A DNA stretch of 64,000 bases from Thermoplasmatales archaeon (GCA_038729485.1 JAVYRX010000003.1:106524-170523), one strand, 5' to 3'; counted from the first letter of the stretch, positions 53,189-63,480 are shown. A program made the numbers and translations. Notes: generated by a model not told the origin, from the letters alone.

Positions 53189-53595
53189 TAAGAGACAACT
53201 GACTTTTTAACCAAATTTTTTGTGTTATTTTTTTAAATTGTAATACCAATTATAGTTTGATTTTCTATAAATCCTATTTAGCAAATATTTAATCAATCTG
53301 TCTAAGTCTCATAACTACAAGGCAATTTCATTTTGGCCTTTCTATGTCCCATGTGAAAGGATTTTCCGAACTTATAGTATGAAACGATGTTAACACACGG
53401 ATCTGAAGTTTTGCTTAGGAGGTACTATTCTAGGTCAGGGAAACAACGCTTCCTTCTACTTGAGATAAACTATTTTTTCATGGCGATAAAAGCAAAACTT
53501 GCATTTACCGGAAGGAAAGGTTTGAATAACATGACGAACCCAATCTATGAAAAATTAGATTCCGCAAAAATATTTAGCAAATGTAACATGGCCTA

Positions 53596-54477
53596 TTGAT
53601 GGACAAGGGATCCTTCTTTAATCGCGTCCTGCCAATATTCGTCGTGGGATTGGTTTTAGTATTCTTGGTATTTTTACTTTTAAAGGTGATTTCCGTAGTC
53701 CCTACGGGCTACGCTAGATACACCAATGTTATAGAAGCTGTAGTACTAGGCATAATCCTTTACATCATTTTGAGAATAATAATGAGAATAGTAGGATCAG
53801 TTTTGGACAGGAATATGAATAAGAGATATTCACGTCCGCTTCTATTTTTGATCTCTATTGTCGGGTATTTCATAATTCTTCTTGCCATATTGGCAATCAT
53901 GGGCGTAGATCTCAGTTCTGTAATACTAGGGAGTGCGTTTGCGGGCGCCATTGTGGGACTAGCGGCCCAGCAAATACTTTCGAACTTCTTTAGCGGAATT
54001 CTCCTGATATGGTCGCGTCCTTTCTCAGCAGGAGATTATATCGAATTTAACAGCTGGCAATACTCGTATTTCCTTCCTTCCTATCCGCCAAAATACCTGT
54101 CTAGGGATGAATTCAGATGGAAGATCTCTGGAAAGGTGGAAGATATTTCATTGAATTTTACAACTGTCATAGAAGAGGACGGATTGGTTACAAAGATACC
54201 TAACAGTGTTGTAATACAGGGAATAATCTCAGCAAATCCCCACAGAAAAAGAATTCAGATCAGGCTTGAAATTCCGAAGGCAAAGGACTTTACATCTTTT
54301 AAGGAAGGCCTTGGAAATATCATGAAGGAGTTCAGTGAGATAGATGACTATAAGGTGTATGTTGAGGAGATAGCAAAAGACTCCTACCTAGTCAGAATAA
54401 ACGCAGAATCTGAAGGGGAAAGGGCTGAATACACCAGGGGAAAGATCATGGAGATGCTTCTGCCGCTCACAAGGTAA
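53596..54477 (+). CDS. MscS-family mechanosensitive channel
   Basis: Three N-terminal TM helices, a pore-helix region 'GSAFAGAIVGLAAQQILSNFFSGILLIWSRPFSAGDYIEF', and a beta-rich C-terminal domain. The probable start is ATG 53599. Confidence 0.85.
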   Translation: MMDKGSFFNRVLPIFVVGLVLVFLVFLLLKVISVVPTGYARYTNVIEAVVLGIILYIILRIIMRIVGSVLDRNMNKRYSRPLLFLISIVGYFIILLAILAIMGVDLSSVILGSAFAGAIVGLAAQQILSNFFSGILLIWSRPFSAGDYIEFNSWQYSYFLPSYPPKYLSRDEFRWKISGKVEDISLNFTTVIEEDGLVTKIPNSVVIQGIISANPHRKRIQIRLEIPKAKDFTSFKEGLGNIMKEFSEIDDYKVYVEEIAKDSYLVRINAESEGERAEYTRGKIMEMLLPLTR

Positions 54478-54638
54478 AACTTGAAAATGTTTTGGCAAAA
54501 AGTGGAGCTCCCTAAATTAACGATCTGCTACAAATATTTGTGCCAGAAAGTTCCAATACCATGGCGGAGAGGGGTCATTTAACTAGAAGGCCAAGAAGTC
54601 TTCAATCGGAAAAGATCGTATGCAGATCATTGAATAGA

Positions 54639-56288
54639 TTAGCTATTCTGACCCAGGATTCGTCTACTTGGTGCATATCCCATCCATTCCAGGCATGCTG
54701 AATGCGCTTGGAAATCAAAATCGGGAGGGAAATGATCTGCAAAATGTCTATAATAAAATACTTCTGCAGCTGCAAGCATCCCATCGTTGGTCTGTTTTTC
54801 GCCTATCAATATCAGGTAAAGCAATGCAAGGGTATTCGCGAACACGTTAAGTATGTCCTTGGCAAAGTATTCGGCGTTCCCGCTTGACAGGTATTCTAGA
54901 AATCTCATTTTTAGCAAAGAATATGCTCTTCTTGCCAGCTCCTTGTGATTGCCGGAGATACTGCTTATCAGATTATCTGCAAGTTCAAATAGAGCCTTTT
55001 CACTATGTTTCTTTGACAGAATCTCTAAAAAGTCTAACGCCTGGATGTTGCTGGTACCCTCCCACATCGATGTTACAATGGAATCCCTGTGGAATTTTTC
55101 CATAGGAAACTCCTTTAGAAAGCCCTTCCCTCCAAGAATCTCCATGGAATATCTCGTTACGTAGTCGGAGGACCAGGAGCACATGTTCTTTGCAAGGTGA
55201 GTGAGTGCCCTCGCAACGTGATACGAGCTGTCATATGGTGGCCTCAGATTAGAGGCATCTTTGAATGCGTTTCCTGCGATCAATGAAAGTACCATTGAAG
55301 CTTCAACCTCTGCCTCCATCTCTACCAAGTCTCTCCTTATAAGCGGGTGATCGTAAATTTTCCTTCCGAAAGCTTCCCTTCTCTTCGAATAAAGATATGC
55401 TTCCCAAAGTGCCTTCCTTGCTATGCCGACTGCGGATATGGCATCGTCAATTCTTGAAACCTCAAGAATCTCCAGCGCAACGTAAATCCCTTCCCCCTCC
55501 TTCCCAAGTAGGAAGCCTTCGGAGTCCTTCAAAAGCACTTCCCCAGTGGGGACAAGAATCGTACCTAACTTGTCCTTTATTCTTCGCAGCTCGTAGTTCT
55601 TAGATCCGTCGTCCCTTACGGCGGGAACGAAGAAAGCGGATATGCCCTTTGCACCATTTACAGAATTTTCTGTTCTTGCTGTAACTATCGCACCATCCGC
55701 AAGCCCAGCGTTGCTGGCGAAATATTTGTTCTCACCGTTAAGCACAAAATGATCTCCTTTCTTCGTTGCCAGGGTAGTGTTTGCTCCGAGGTCACTACCT
55801 CCCTGTATCTCCGTGTAATATGTTGCGCCAAGCCATCCATCTTCAGCGTACGATTTAAGGTACTTGGACGTTTTTGCATTCCCATACTTGCTAAGACCAT
55901 AGAGGGTTTGAGCAGTAAGAGTGAGTGTGCAGAATAGGCCAGCATCCGATATTAGGTAGCCTGAGATAAAATGATACATCAGATCTCCTGAATAAATACT
56001 GTTTACTACATTTAGATCCAGAAGCCTGTCTATCATAAGGGAATGCGTTCTGGAAATCCAAATGCTGTCTATTCTATCGTCAAGAACTCCCCACATTTGA
56101 AGTTCAGGCTTCGCAAAATGATCAAGGAATACGACGTCCTCCATCATTTCCTGTCCTACGTATTTACCTATCTCATTCAATCCTTCTGTTTTACTGAAGT
56201 TTAGGAATTTCAGAGTGGACGTGAGCGGCTGATCATCAAAATAGTTTATCCCATCGCTAAGGAATATGCTAGAAAACTTAAACCTCAT
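54639..56288 (-). CDS. acyl-CoA dehydrogenase family protein (long, AidB-like)
   Basis: 'TEIQGGSDLG', 'KYFASNAG', 'RREAFGRKIYDHPLIR' and 'EILGGKGF' ACAD motifs. Confidence 0.8.
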   Translation of the reverse strand: MRFKFSSIFLSDGINYFDDQPLTSTLKFLNFSKTEGLNEIGKYVGQEMMEDVVFLDHFAKPELQMWGVLDDRIDSIWISRTHSLMIDRLLDLNVVNSIYSGDLMYHFISGYLISDAGLFCTLTLTAQTLYGLSKYGNAKTSKYLKSYAEDGWLGATYYTEIQGGSDLGANTTLATKKGDHFVLNGENKYFASNAGLADGAIVTARTENSVNGAKGISAFFVPAVRDDGSKNYELRRIKDKLGTILVPTGEVLLKDSEGFLLGKEGEGIYVALEILEVSRIDDAISAVGIARKALWEAYLYSKRREAFGRKIYDHPLIRRDLVEMEAEVEASMVLSLIAGNAFKDASNLRPPYDSSYHVARALTHLAKNMCSWSSDYVTRYSMEILGGKGFLKEFPMEKFHRDSIVTSMWEGTSNIQALDFLEILSKKHSEKALFELADNLISSISGNHKELARRAYSLLKMRFLEYLSSGNAEYFAKDILNVFANTLALLYLILIGEKQTNDGMLAAAEVFYYRHFADHFPPDFDFQAHSACLEWMGYAPSRRILGQNS

Positions 56289-56442
56289 ACTTAAACATAA
56301 TTTACGATTACTTGAAAATTATCCTTCTCAGCAGAACAGCGCAGTTTGGTACAAAGAATTAACACGGTATAGGTTTATCTAGAACGCTGAAGTGCGCAAA
56401 ATTAATATCAAATGTTTTCAATTGGCTTCGGGTGAGTTATAT

Positions 56443-57102
56443 ATGGTTAAATTAACGTGGTTAGGTCATGCCGCATGGCAGATTGACTTTACAGATGCCG
56501 TTGTGATCGTCGATCCCTTTTTAAGAAACAATCCCAAGTCACCTGTGAAACCTGAGAACCTTGGAAAGGTAGATTTCGTAATCGTTACGCATAATCACGA
56601 TGATCACGTTGGGGATGCGTTTGAGATCGTTAAGCAAAAAAATGCCAAGCTAATTTCAATTTTCGAGAACGTAATGCCCGCTTACGGGCAGGGTATACCT
56701 GAGGAAAACATAATAGGAATGAACATAGGTAGCCAAGTTGATTTTGGCAAAATAAAGGTCGGATTTGTTCAGGCCGTCCATACCGGGAATTGCGCAGGCG
56801 CAGTGATAACAGGAGACGGGGTAACAATCTACCACGCTGGGGATACTGGGTTGTTTAGCGATATGAAGCTTATAGGTGAGATGTATAGCCCAAAGGCATC
56901 TCTGCTTCCAACTGGAGGTTACTTTACCATGGGTCCGAAGGAGGCTGCAATGGCAGCAAGAATGCTTGGGTCTGAAATAGTGTTTCCAATGCATTACGGC
57001 ACTTTCCCTCCCATAAACACTGATCCTAGGGAGCTAAAAAATGCTCTCTCGCCCGACGTGTTAGTGCCAATATTGAATCCGGGGGAGTCTTTCATACTCT
57101 GA
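56443..57102 (+). CDS. UPF0173-family metallo-beta-lactamase-fold hydrolase
   Basis: Trimmed to MVKLTWLGHAAWQI. 'VTHNHDDHVGD' (HxHxDH), 'HAGDTG' and 'PMHYGTFP' are present. Confidence 0.8.
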   Translation: MVKLTWLGHAAWQIDFTDAVVIVDPFLRNNPKSPVKPENLGKVDFVIVTHNHDDHVGDAFEIVKQKNAKLISIFENVMPAYGQGIPEENIIGMNIGSQVDFGKIKVGFVQAVHTGNCAGAVITGDGVTIYHAGDTGLFSDMKLIGEMYSPKASLLPTGGYFTMGPKEAAMAARMLGSEIVFPMHYGTFPPINTDPRELKNALSPDVLVPILNPGESFIL

Positions 57103-57140
57103 ATGAAAAATAATAAATTTCACGAGAAGCTAAACGATAT

Positions 57141-58070
57141 GTGGAAAGCAGTTACTTTCTCGGTTTCGACGTTGGTGGTACGAAAATAACAGCTGTACTT
57201 GCGTCAGAGAAGGGTCGCATCAGAAAAAGCGTCGAAACTAAAACTCGGAAGTTCAAAGGGGCCTCCGAGCTAATAGATCAAATACTTTCCATATCTAGGG
57301 GATTTGACGGGTACAGGGGAATTGGGGTAATTTTCCCCGCTCCAATATCGCCTGACGGTATAACGTTATATGCGCCGAATCTCTTCGGATGGAAGGGAGT
57401 AAACATAAGGAAGAAGCTTGAGGAATCATTCGGGAGCAAGGTTTACATAGAGAATGATGCAACCGCCCAAGCTATATCGGTAAAGGTTTTCGGAGAAGGG
57501 TCCCGTTATAGAAATTTTGTTTATCTTGCTGTAGGGACAGGAATCGGTGGCGGGCTGTTCATCAATAACGAGGTTTACAGAGGGGCAAACGGCTATGCAG
57601 GGGAGTTAGGCCATTCTGTAATACTTGCAAACGGGCCAATGTGTGGATGCGGAAGGAGAGGGTGTTTGGAAGCGCTAGCATCGGGGCGTGCGATCACAAG
57701 AAGGGCGATAGAGAATTCAAAAGAGATGAGGGGGTCGCAATTCCTATCTTCCATACCTGTGAACAGGCTCTCCGCAGAGGACATATTCAGCGGAAGAAGG
57801 CTTGGGGACCCATTTTGCATGCTGCTTGTAGACGAGACGGTTTATTATCTTTCAATAGGCATAGCAAATTACATTAACACGTTTGATCCAGAAGCTGTCT
57901 TCATAGCAGGTGGTCTCATGAAGAACGATTCCTCTCTCATACAGGAGCTTAAGGAATCTGTTGACAGGGAGCTGGGGAACTATTACAGAGATGTGCCGAT
58001 AATACGTGTTTCAGAGAAGACTGTCGCTCTCGCCCCGGTTGCGCTTGCGGTATACGAAAATAGGAAGTAA
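57141..58070 (+). CDS. ROK-family sugar kinase (glucokinase-like)
   Basis: 'LGFDVGGTK', 'ENDATA', 'GTGIGGG' and the ROK zinc motif 'GHSV...CGCGRRGCLE'. It uses a GTG start. Confidence 0.8.
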   Translation: MESSYFLGFDVGGTKITAVLASEKGRIRKSVETKTRKFKGASELIDQILSISRGFDGYRGIGVIFPAPISPDGITLYAPNLFGWKGVNIRKKLEESFGSKVYIENDATAQAISVKVFGEGSRYRNFVYLAVGTGIGGGLFINNEVYRGANGYAGELGHSVILANGPMCGCGRRGCLEALASGRAITRRAIENSKEMRGSQFLSSIPVNRLSAEDIFSGRRLGDPFCMLLVDETVYYLSIGIANYINTFDPEAVFIAGGLMKNDSSLIQELKESVDRELGNYYRDVPIIRVSEKTVALAPVALAVYENRK

Positions 58071-58112
58071 AGATTAGGAAATATTTTTACTTAGGTTTGA
58101 CTAGTTGTCAGC

Positions 58113-59282
58113 ATGACATCAATAAGGAATTTTCAGATCTTAGAGCTTGGAGAAGAAGGTGAAATGTCCAGCCCTTGGAGCTCGACAATAATTGTCTTGA
58201 GGTTGGAGACAAGCAATGGAGAGATAGGCTATGGTGAAGCTCCCACCACGCTGATGACAAGGCCTGTCTACGAACAGCTCAGGGAAGTGGGAAGGCAATT
58301 TGTTGGAAGGGAAGTTGAGGAAATTTCAAAAAATTACATGGAATTCTATAAGAATTCCTTCTATCTGCCTGTGTCAATGGAGTCTACTTCCGCATTGAGC
58401 GCATTTGAGATAGCTTCCTGGGATATAGTGGGTAAAACTTACGGAGCACCAGTATACCAGCTAATAGGCGGGAAAGTAAGAGAAAAGGTAAGGGCTTATG
58501 CGAACGGCTGGTATAACGATTGTGTTACGCCTGAAGATTTTGTGAAGAAAGCCTTAGACGTCGAAAAGCTGGGATTCGGAGCGGTAAAATTCGATCCATT
58601 CGGTTCCAATTTCGACATGCTGGAAAAGCCTGGTGGGAAGAAGGCAAGGGAGATAGTGAATGCTGTCAAAGAAAATACAAGTCTGGAACTCCTAGTTGAA
58701 TGCCACGGAAGGTTTAATGCCAACGCAGCAATAACAGCTGCGAGCTATCTGGAGGATCTAGACCCACTATTCATGGAGGAACCTGTGCATCCTGATCAGA
58801 TAGAAGGCCTGAGAAAGCTGAGAGAGAGGACGCAGTTAAGAATTGCGCTTGGAGAGCGAGTACTAAATAAAAACCTGTTCCTACCGTATCTAGTTTCTGA
58901 TCTAGTCGATGTAATTCAGCCTGACGTTACTAATGTGGGCGGCATTATACAGGCAAAGGAGTCTGCAGCACTCGCTGACGCATTTGGTGTCGAAGTTGCG
59001 TTCCACAACGCATTCGGACCAATACAGACAGCAGCGACGCTCCATTTAGATTTTTCAATACGAAATTTCCTGATTCAGGAGAGCTTCGAGAGTTTCTGGC
59101 CAGAATGGAAAAAGAGACTTCTTAGGTTAGGATACAGCCTTGATCATGGCTTCTTCACTCTCAGTGGAAAACCAGGTCTAGGAATTGACGTAGACGAAAG
59201 AATACTTGAGGAATACAAAACGGATTCAATGGAAGGAACCGACAATGAGCCACCGTGGGTGGTAAAGGGGACATTCAGGTAG
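58113..59282 (+). CDS. enolase-superfamily sugar-acid dehydratase (gluconate/galactonate dehydratase)
   Basis: Mandelate racemase/muconate-lactonizing family layout with 'KFDPFG', 'VECHGRF', 'MEEP' and 'IALGER'. It sits beside glucose dehydrogenase, as expected for the non-phosphorylative ED pathway. Confidence 0.8.
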   Translation: MTSIRNFQILELGEEGEMSSPWSSTIIVLRLETSNGEIGYGEAPTTLMTRPVYEQLREVGRQFVGREVEEISKNYMEFYKNSFYLPVSMESTSALSAFEIASWDIVGKTYGAPVYQLIGGKVREKVRAYANGWYNDCVTPEDFVKKALDVEKLGFGAVKFDPFGSNFDMLEKPGGKKAREIVNAVKENTSLELLVECHGRFNANAAITAASYLEDLDPLFMEEPVHPDQIEGLRKLRERTQLRIALGERVLNKNLFLPYLVSDLVDVIQPDVTNVGGIIQAKESAALADAFGVEVAFHNAFGPIQTAATLHLDFSIRNFLIQESFESFWPEWKKRLLRLGYSLDHGFFTLSGKPGLGIDVDERILEEYKTDSMEGTDNEPPWVVKGTFR

Positions 59283-59292
59283 GGGTCATATT

Positions 59293-59913
59293 ATGAATGT
59301 TCATGACTTGTCTGTACTTATTGAGGACGGAATGCCGTATTTTGAGGGAGACCCGGTTCCCTCGGTCAAGCAGTTTAAATTAATAGAAAAAGATGGGTAC
59401 AACCTGAAGGCTATCAGCATGGGAAGTCACACCGGAACGCACATAGATGCCCCGTCACATTTCATACCAGGGGGGATGAACGTCGATGATCTTGGCCTTG
59501 AAAAGCTATGCGGCTTCGGAACCGCTATAAGATATGATCCAAATAAAGGTCTAGTTCTTCCAGAGCAGAAATTTGACGTAATTCTCCTCTACACAGGCTA
59601 CAACGAAAAATGGGGGGAATCAAAGACGTTCAGGGATTTTAGTTACATTACGAAGGAGGATGCGGAAAAGATCAAGAACTACGGTGTAAAAGTAGTAGGC
59701 ATAGACTCTCCTTCAGTCGAACCTCCCTTTTCAAAGGACTTCCTTACTCATAAAATTCTGCTGGGAAACTCCATCGTTATCATCGAAAATTTGAATTCCA
59801 GCAGATTGGAAGAGATTATAGGGAAGAGCTTCTTTGTATTTGTATTCCCTATTTTGCTTAAAGACGGTGATGGCGCACCCTCAAGGGTTGTTGCACTGGA
59901 GGGTTTTCCATGA
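59293..59913 (+). CDS. cyclase-family protein (kynurenine-formamidase-like metal hydrolase fold)
   Basis: 'GSHTGTHIDAPSHF' is the HxGTHxDxPxH motif of PF04199. ATGA overlap with the downstream glucose dehydrogenase gene. Confidence 0.75.
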   Translation: MNVHDLSVLIEDGMPYFEGDPVPSVKQFKLIEKDGYNLKAISMGSHTGTHIDAPSHFIPGGMNVDDLGLEKLCGFGTAIRYDPNKGLVLPEQKFDVILLYTGYNEKWGESKTFRDFSYITKEDAEKIKNYGVKVVGIDSPSVEPPFSKDFLTHKILLGNSIVIIENLNSSRLEEIIGKSFFVFVFPILLKDGDGAPSRVVALEGFP

Positions 59914-60977
59914 GAGCAATAGTGACCTATCCTCCATCCGGAGGTGTAAAATACACTGACATTCCAAAAGAACAGGGGAGCGGAGTTCTAGTAAAAACGC
60001 TATTCACCGGAATTTGCGGCACAGACAAGGAGTTGACCATGGGGAAGCTGAGCTTTGCCAGAGTTGAAAGAGGGAATTTCCTAGTACTCGGTCATGAGGC
60101 GGTGGGAAAAGTAGCGGATGCGGGAGATTCAAGATTCCTTAAAGCGGGTGATCTTGTCGTTCCGATGGTTAGGAGACCCGGGGGGTGCAGGATGTGCAAA
60201 TTGGGTAGACAGGACTATTGTGAAGACGGAGATTTCGTGGAAGCAGGGATAAGGGGCAAGAACGGTTTCATGATGGACGAGTTCTACGATGATGATATGT
60301 TTCTCCTGAAGGTAGATCAACCGGAAATATCGGAGCTTTCCGTATTGACGGAGCCCCTAAAGAATGCAATGAAGATAAGAGAAGTATTCAATTTCATGTC
60401 TTCAAGGATTCCTTGGTGGTGTGATGACTCGACGCTAGGATGTAAGAACATTTATGTTTTCGGAACTGGAACAGAGGGGATTCTTATTTCTCTTGTATTC
60501 AAAGTGCTAGGCCTGAATGTCATAGCCGTGAACAGGCATCCCCTTGATGAGAACGTCATGTCTATCCTTGACAACAATGGGATAGAATACCTAGACAAAT
60601 CGTCCGAATCTTTAAAAAGTAGAGTAAGCAGAGAAAAGATGGACGCGGCAGTGGATGCAGTTGGGTCAATGGACATACTGAAGGATATCAGCGACAACAT
60701 CAGCAACAACGGAATCGCAATTCTATTCGGTACCAATGGCCAGCTACCGTCATCAAAGTACGACGTTCTGGAAGGGATTGTGGACAAGAACGTTCTAATA
60801 TCAGGCAGCGTAGATGGAGCTAGGGTTCATTACCACGAGGCAATTACTTTCATAGAGAATTACGGAAAAAAGATGGGTTTGGGTCGCATGATAACGGGGA
60901 AGTATGCCCCGCAGGAGACGGAGATATTCCAGAGGAAGGACAGCGGTGAAATAAAAAAAGTAATAGAGTGGACGTAA
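59910..60977 (+). CDS. gdh: glucose 1-dehydrogenase (zinc MDR family)
   Basis: Collinear with T. acidophilum glucose dehydrogenase as I recall it: 'KAIVT..P.GGVKYT', 'GICGTD', 'FLVLGHEA', 'GDLVVPMVRRPG.C..C..GRQD.C', 'LTEPLKN', 'ILFGTNG', 'GEIK.VI.W'. Confidence 0.92.
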   Translation: MRAIVTYPPSGGVKYTDIPKEQGSGVLVKTLFTGICGTDKELTMGKLSFARVERGNFLVLGHEAVGKVADAGDSRFLKAGDLVVPMVRRPGGCRMCKLGRQDYCEDGDFVEAGIRGKNGFMMDEFYDDDMFLLKVDQPEISELSVLTEPLKNAMKIREVFNFMSSRIPWWCDDSTLGCKNIYVFGTGTEGILISLVFKVLGLNVIAVNRHPLDENVMSILDNNGIEYLDKSSESLKSRVSREKMDAAVDAVGSMDILKDISDNISNNGIAILFGTNGQLPSSKYDVLEGIVDKNVLISGSVDGARVHYHEAITFIENYGKKMGLGRMITGKYAPQETEIFQRKDSGEIKKVIEWT

Positions 60978-61000
60978 TTAGGGCAGAAAGGAGCTAAAGC

Positions 61001-62170
61001 TTGAGAAGTGGGCTAAAAAAAATATACGTATATACATTTCTGTACTCCTTCCTGCTGCTTAATCCAATTTGGGTACTGTATCTTCTGGGTTTGGGGTTCA
61101 ACCTTTTTTTGATAACTCTCCTTGATGTGGTATTTTACGTTGTAATAGCTGTTGGTAGCATGCCAACTGGCAGAATAGCGGACAAGATAGGCAGGAGAAT
61201 ATCCCTTCTTGTCTCATCAATTTTGACAGGTTTCGGAATCATACTATTCGGTCTTTTCACATCCTTCGCAGGCATAGCTGTGAGCTATGTACTTTGGGGT
61301 TTGGGGGTTGCAATAAACTCAAGTGCTCTAGAGAGCTTGACTTTCGAGTATTCACAATCTCACAATTTCAGGTATTTGGAAATAATTGGGATGGTAAACT
61401 TCCTAGGTGCTGTATCTATTGCAGTAGCTTCCCTAGTCGGGGGATATCTTGGCGAATACGAGGGTCTTAGGATTGTGATCTTTGCAACAGGCCTATTTGT
61501 AATTGCATCTTCGCTTTATACGCTTAGGCTAAAAGAGAAGCCAAGGAAGTTCATTAAAACAAGAACTCCTTTAAAGCTGAAGAATTACGTCTCCGACAGG
61601 AGAATCCTTTCGCTGATACTGATAAGGGTTGCCTTAGTGCTTAACTTCAACGTGATGGTAATATTCAAGCAACCCTATTACGAGGGACTTGGTCTTTCAG
61701 TGGGCGTAATCGGATTTATATTCTTCATTGACGTCCTTCTGAGGGGCCTCTCATCATTGTACACCCAGCGTCTCTCTTTTATTGCGAGGAACAGGTTCGG
61801 GTCAATGTTGATTTTCACTTCCCTGACGTTCTTCACCATATACATTCCTGGCCTTGTTCAGAACTATGCTTCAATATTATTCCTTATCCTAAACTCTGTG
61901 ATTTTTGGCTTCTACTCAAACATACTTAGTGAGGAGGTAAATGTATTAGTTCCAACTGAGATCAGAGCAACCGTTCTTTCAGTAATATTCCTCGTCAGCT
62001 CTCTTCTTACGGCAGTCGCAGAACCTTTTCTCGGTGCGTCGGCCACCATAATAGGTCTTAAGAAAACGTTCATTATATTTAGCGTTGTGTTTCTTGCTAT
62101 ATCCACATTTGCCATACTGATTCACATAAAAGGGAAAGAAATGAATGACATTGCCATACCAAACATTTAG
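61001..62170 (+). CDS. major facilitator superfamily transporter
   Basis: About 12 TM segments with 'GRIADKIGRR' (MFS motif A) after TM2. It uses a TTG start. Confidence 0.8.
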   Translation: MRSGLKKIYVYTFLYSFLLLNPIWVLYLLGLGFNLFLITLLDVVFYVVIAVGSMPTGRIADKIGRRISLLVSSILTGFGIILFGLFTSFAGIAVSYVLWGLGVAINSSALESLTFEYSQSHNFRYLEIIGMVNFLGAVSIAVASLVGGYLGEYEGLRIVIFATGLFVIASSLYTLRLKEKPRKFIKTRTPLKLKNYVSDRRILSLILIRVALVLNFNVMVIFKQPYYEGLGLSVGVIGFIFFIDVLLRGLSSLYTQRLSFIARNRFGSMLIFTSLTFFTIYIPGLVQNYASILFLILNSVIFGFYSNILSEEVNVLVPTEIRATVLSVIFLVSSLLTAVAEPFLGASATIIGLKKTFIIFSVVFLAISTFAILIHIKGKEMNDIAIPNI

Positions 62171-62712
62171 GACCCTGACAATTCTTTTGCTTTTCTTTCT
62201 AAGCTATGAATAATTTCAAGGCGGATGGGGTACGAAAAACTCACATTTTCCAGCTCCTTTAATCCAAACTTCGAAAGGCGGTTAATTGAGTGATTAAATA
62301 TTCTCTCAGCATTTTGTATATTCCCCATCTGGTAATGAACCATTGAAACACATACGAGAACGACGTCATGAAAAAATAAGCTCCTATCTCCAGACGTCCC
62401 TTTCCAGAATGCTTCGAAAAATTCATGCCCGAGCCAATATTTTTCCTCTTCCATGAGCTTGAATCCCTCGTCAATTTTTCCTAAACCTTCATTTTTTTCA
62501 ACATTCTTGTTGCCAGTCAAAAAAAGATATATCTCTTGGACACCTAGGCCCGATGCCAATATAAATCCGCTGTCAAGATCGTCAAATTTAATGTCGACCT
62601 CTGCTGTCTTTGAAGCTCTCCGGATTATGGAACCTTTCACTGGACTGACGCTTCCGATCCGGTCTGCCGGGAGAAACAAGATAAACCTATATCTTTCCAT
62701 CTCAGCGACCAT
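62167..62712 (-). CDS. DUF309-domain protein with an unassigned N-terminal domain
   Basis: The C-terminal half 'KYWLGHEFFEAFWK...VHYQMGNIQNAERI' fits the DUF309 (YWEAHE...W...H...GN) pattern. The N-terminal ~85 aa are unassigned. Confidence 0.55.
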   Translation of the reverse strand: MVAEMERYRFILFLPADRIGSVSPVKGSIIRRASKTAEVDIKFDDLDSGFILASGLGVQEIYLFLTGNKNVEKNEGLGKIDEGFKLMEEEKYWLGHEFFEAFWKGTSGDRSLFFHDVVLVCVSMVHYQMGNIQNAERIFNHSINRLSKFGLKELENVSFSYPIRLEIIHSLERKAKELSGS

Positions 62713-62743
62713 CCACGGTATATATGCGACATTCCAGCAAAGA

Positions 62744-63259
62744 TCAATGATCCACGTTTATGGCGGAAGCCTTTATCTCTTCGATCGCTTTTTCTCTTGA
62801 ACCGAATCCCTTGAATTTCATGAACTTGTTTTCTTCAAGCTCCTTGTAGTGTTCAAAGAAATGCCTTATTATGCGCTTGAAGTATTCAGGAACGTCTTCA
62901 ATACTCCTGATTGTTGAAGAATTTGGATCTACCTTGTCCACGGGAACGGCCATTACCTTGTTGTCTTCTCCCTCTTCGTCGTGCATCTCTGCGATTCCTA
63001 TGGGCCTGCACTTTACCAGGATACCAGAGAGTATTGGGGATGACGATATGATCAAAACGTCAAGCGGATCGCCGTCCTTTGCCTTCGTACCCAGGATCAT
63101 TCCGTAGTTGGTTGGGTAATTCATCGGCGTGAATAAAATCCTGTCAAGAACAATCGACCCTACATCTTCATGATATTCATATTTGTTTTTACTCCCCTCA
63201 GAAATTTCTACCAGAGCGTAAAACGTCTCAGGGAAATCCTCAGTCAATTCTGTTTTCAT
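62744..63259 (-). CDS. ppa: inorganic pyrophosphatase (family I)
   Basis: 'VEISEGSKNKYEY', 'YPTNYG', 'DGDPLDVL' and 'DEGEDNKV' motifs. Confidence 0.95.
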   Translation of the reverse strand: MKTELTEDFPETFYALVEISEGSKNKYEYHEDVGSIVLDRILFTPMNYPTNYGMILGTKAKDGDPLDVLIISSSPILSGILVKCRPIGIAEMHDEEGEDNKVMAVPVDKVDPNSSTIRSIEDVPEYFKRIIRHFFEHYKELEENKFMKFKGFGSREKAIEEIKASAINVDH

Positions 63260-63480
63260 ACGAAGCTAGAAAAAGCACGTAAATAAATGTAGCGCTTTGA
63301 CATTGCGTTGATAGAATGGAAATGTTTCAAACGCATCCTAAGGTCTTAGTATTATAACGCTATTAATCGATTAATACACACTAATGGTCACTAAAAAACG
63401 AGATCTTGTACGGAAAAATTAAACGATCCAGTTACAAAATATATTTAATTCAAAACAAACTTGTTATGGCATGGCCCTAA

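Noticed and set aside
53275-53582. 12-bp direct repeat TATTTAGCAAAT (53275-53286 and 53571-53582) in the 407-bp spacer before mscS
   Set aside because: A single AT-rich 12-mer pair is within chance expectation for a window of this size, and I saw no further copies or symmetry.
53387-53599. 70-aa ORF upstream of the MscS gene
   Set aside because: It is a basic, low-complexity translation in an AT-rich promoter region with no motif. It ends by overlapping the mscS start and is most likely fortuitous.
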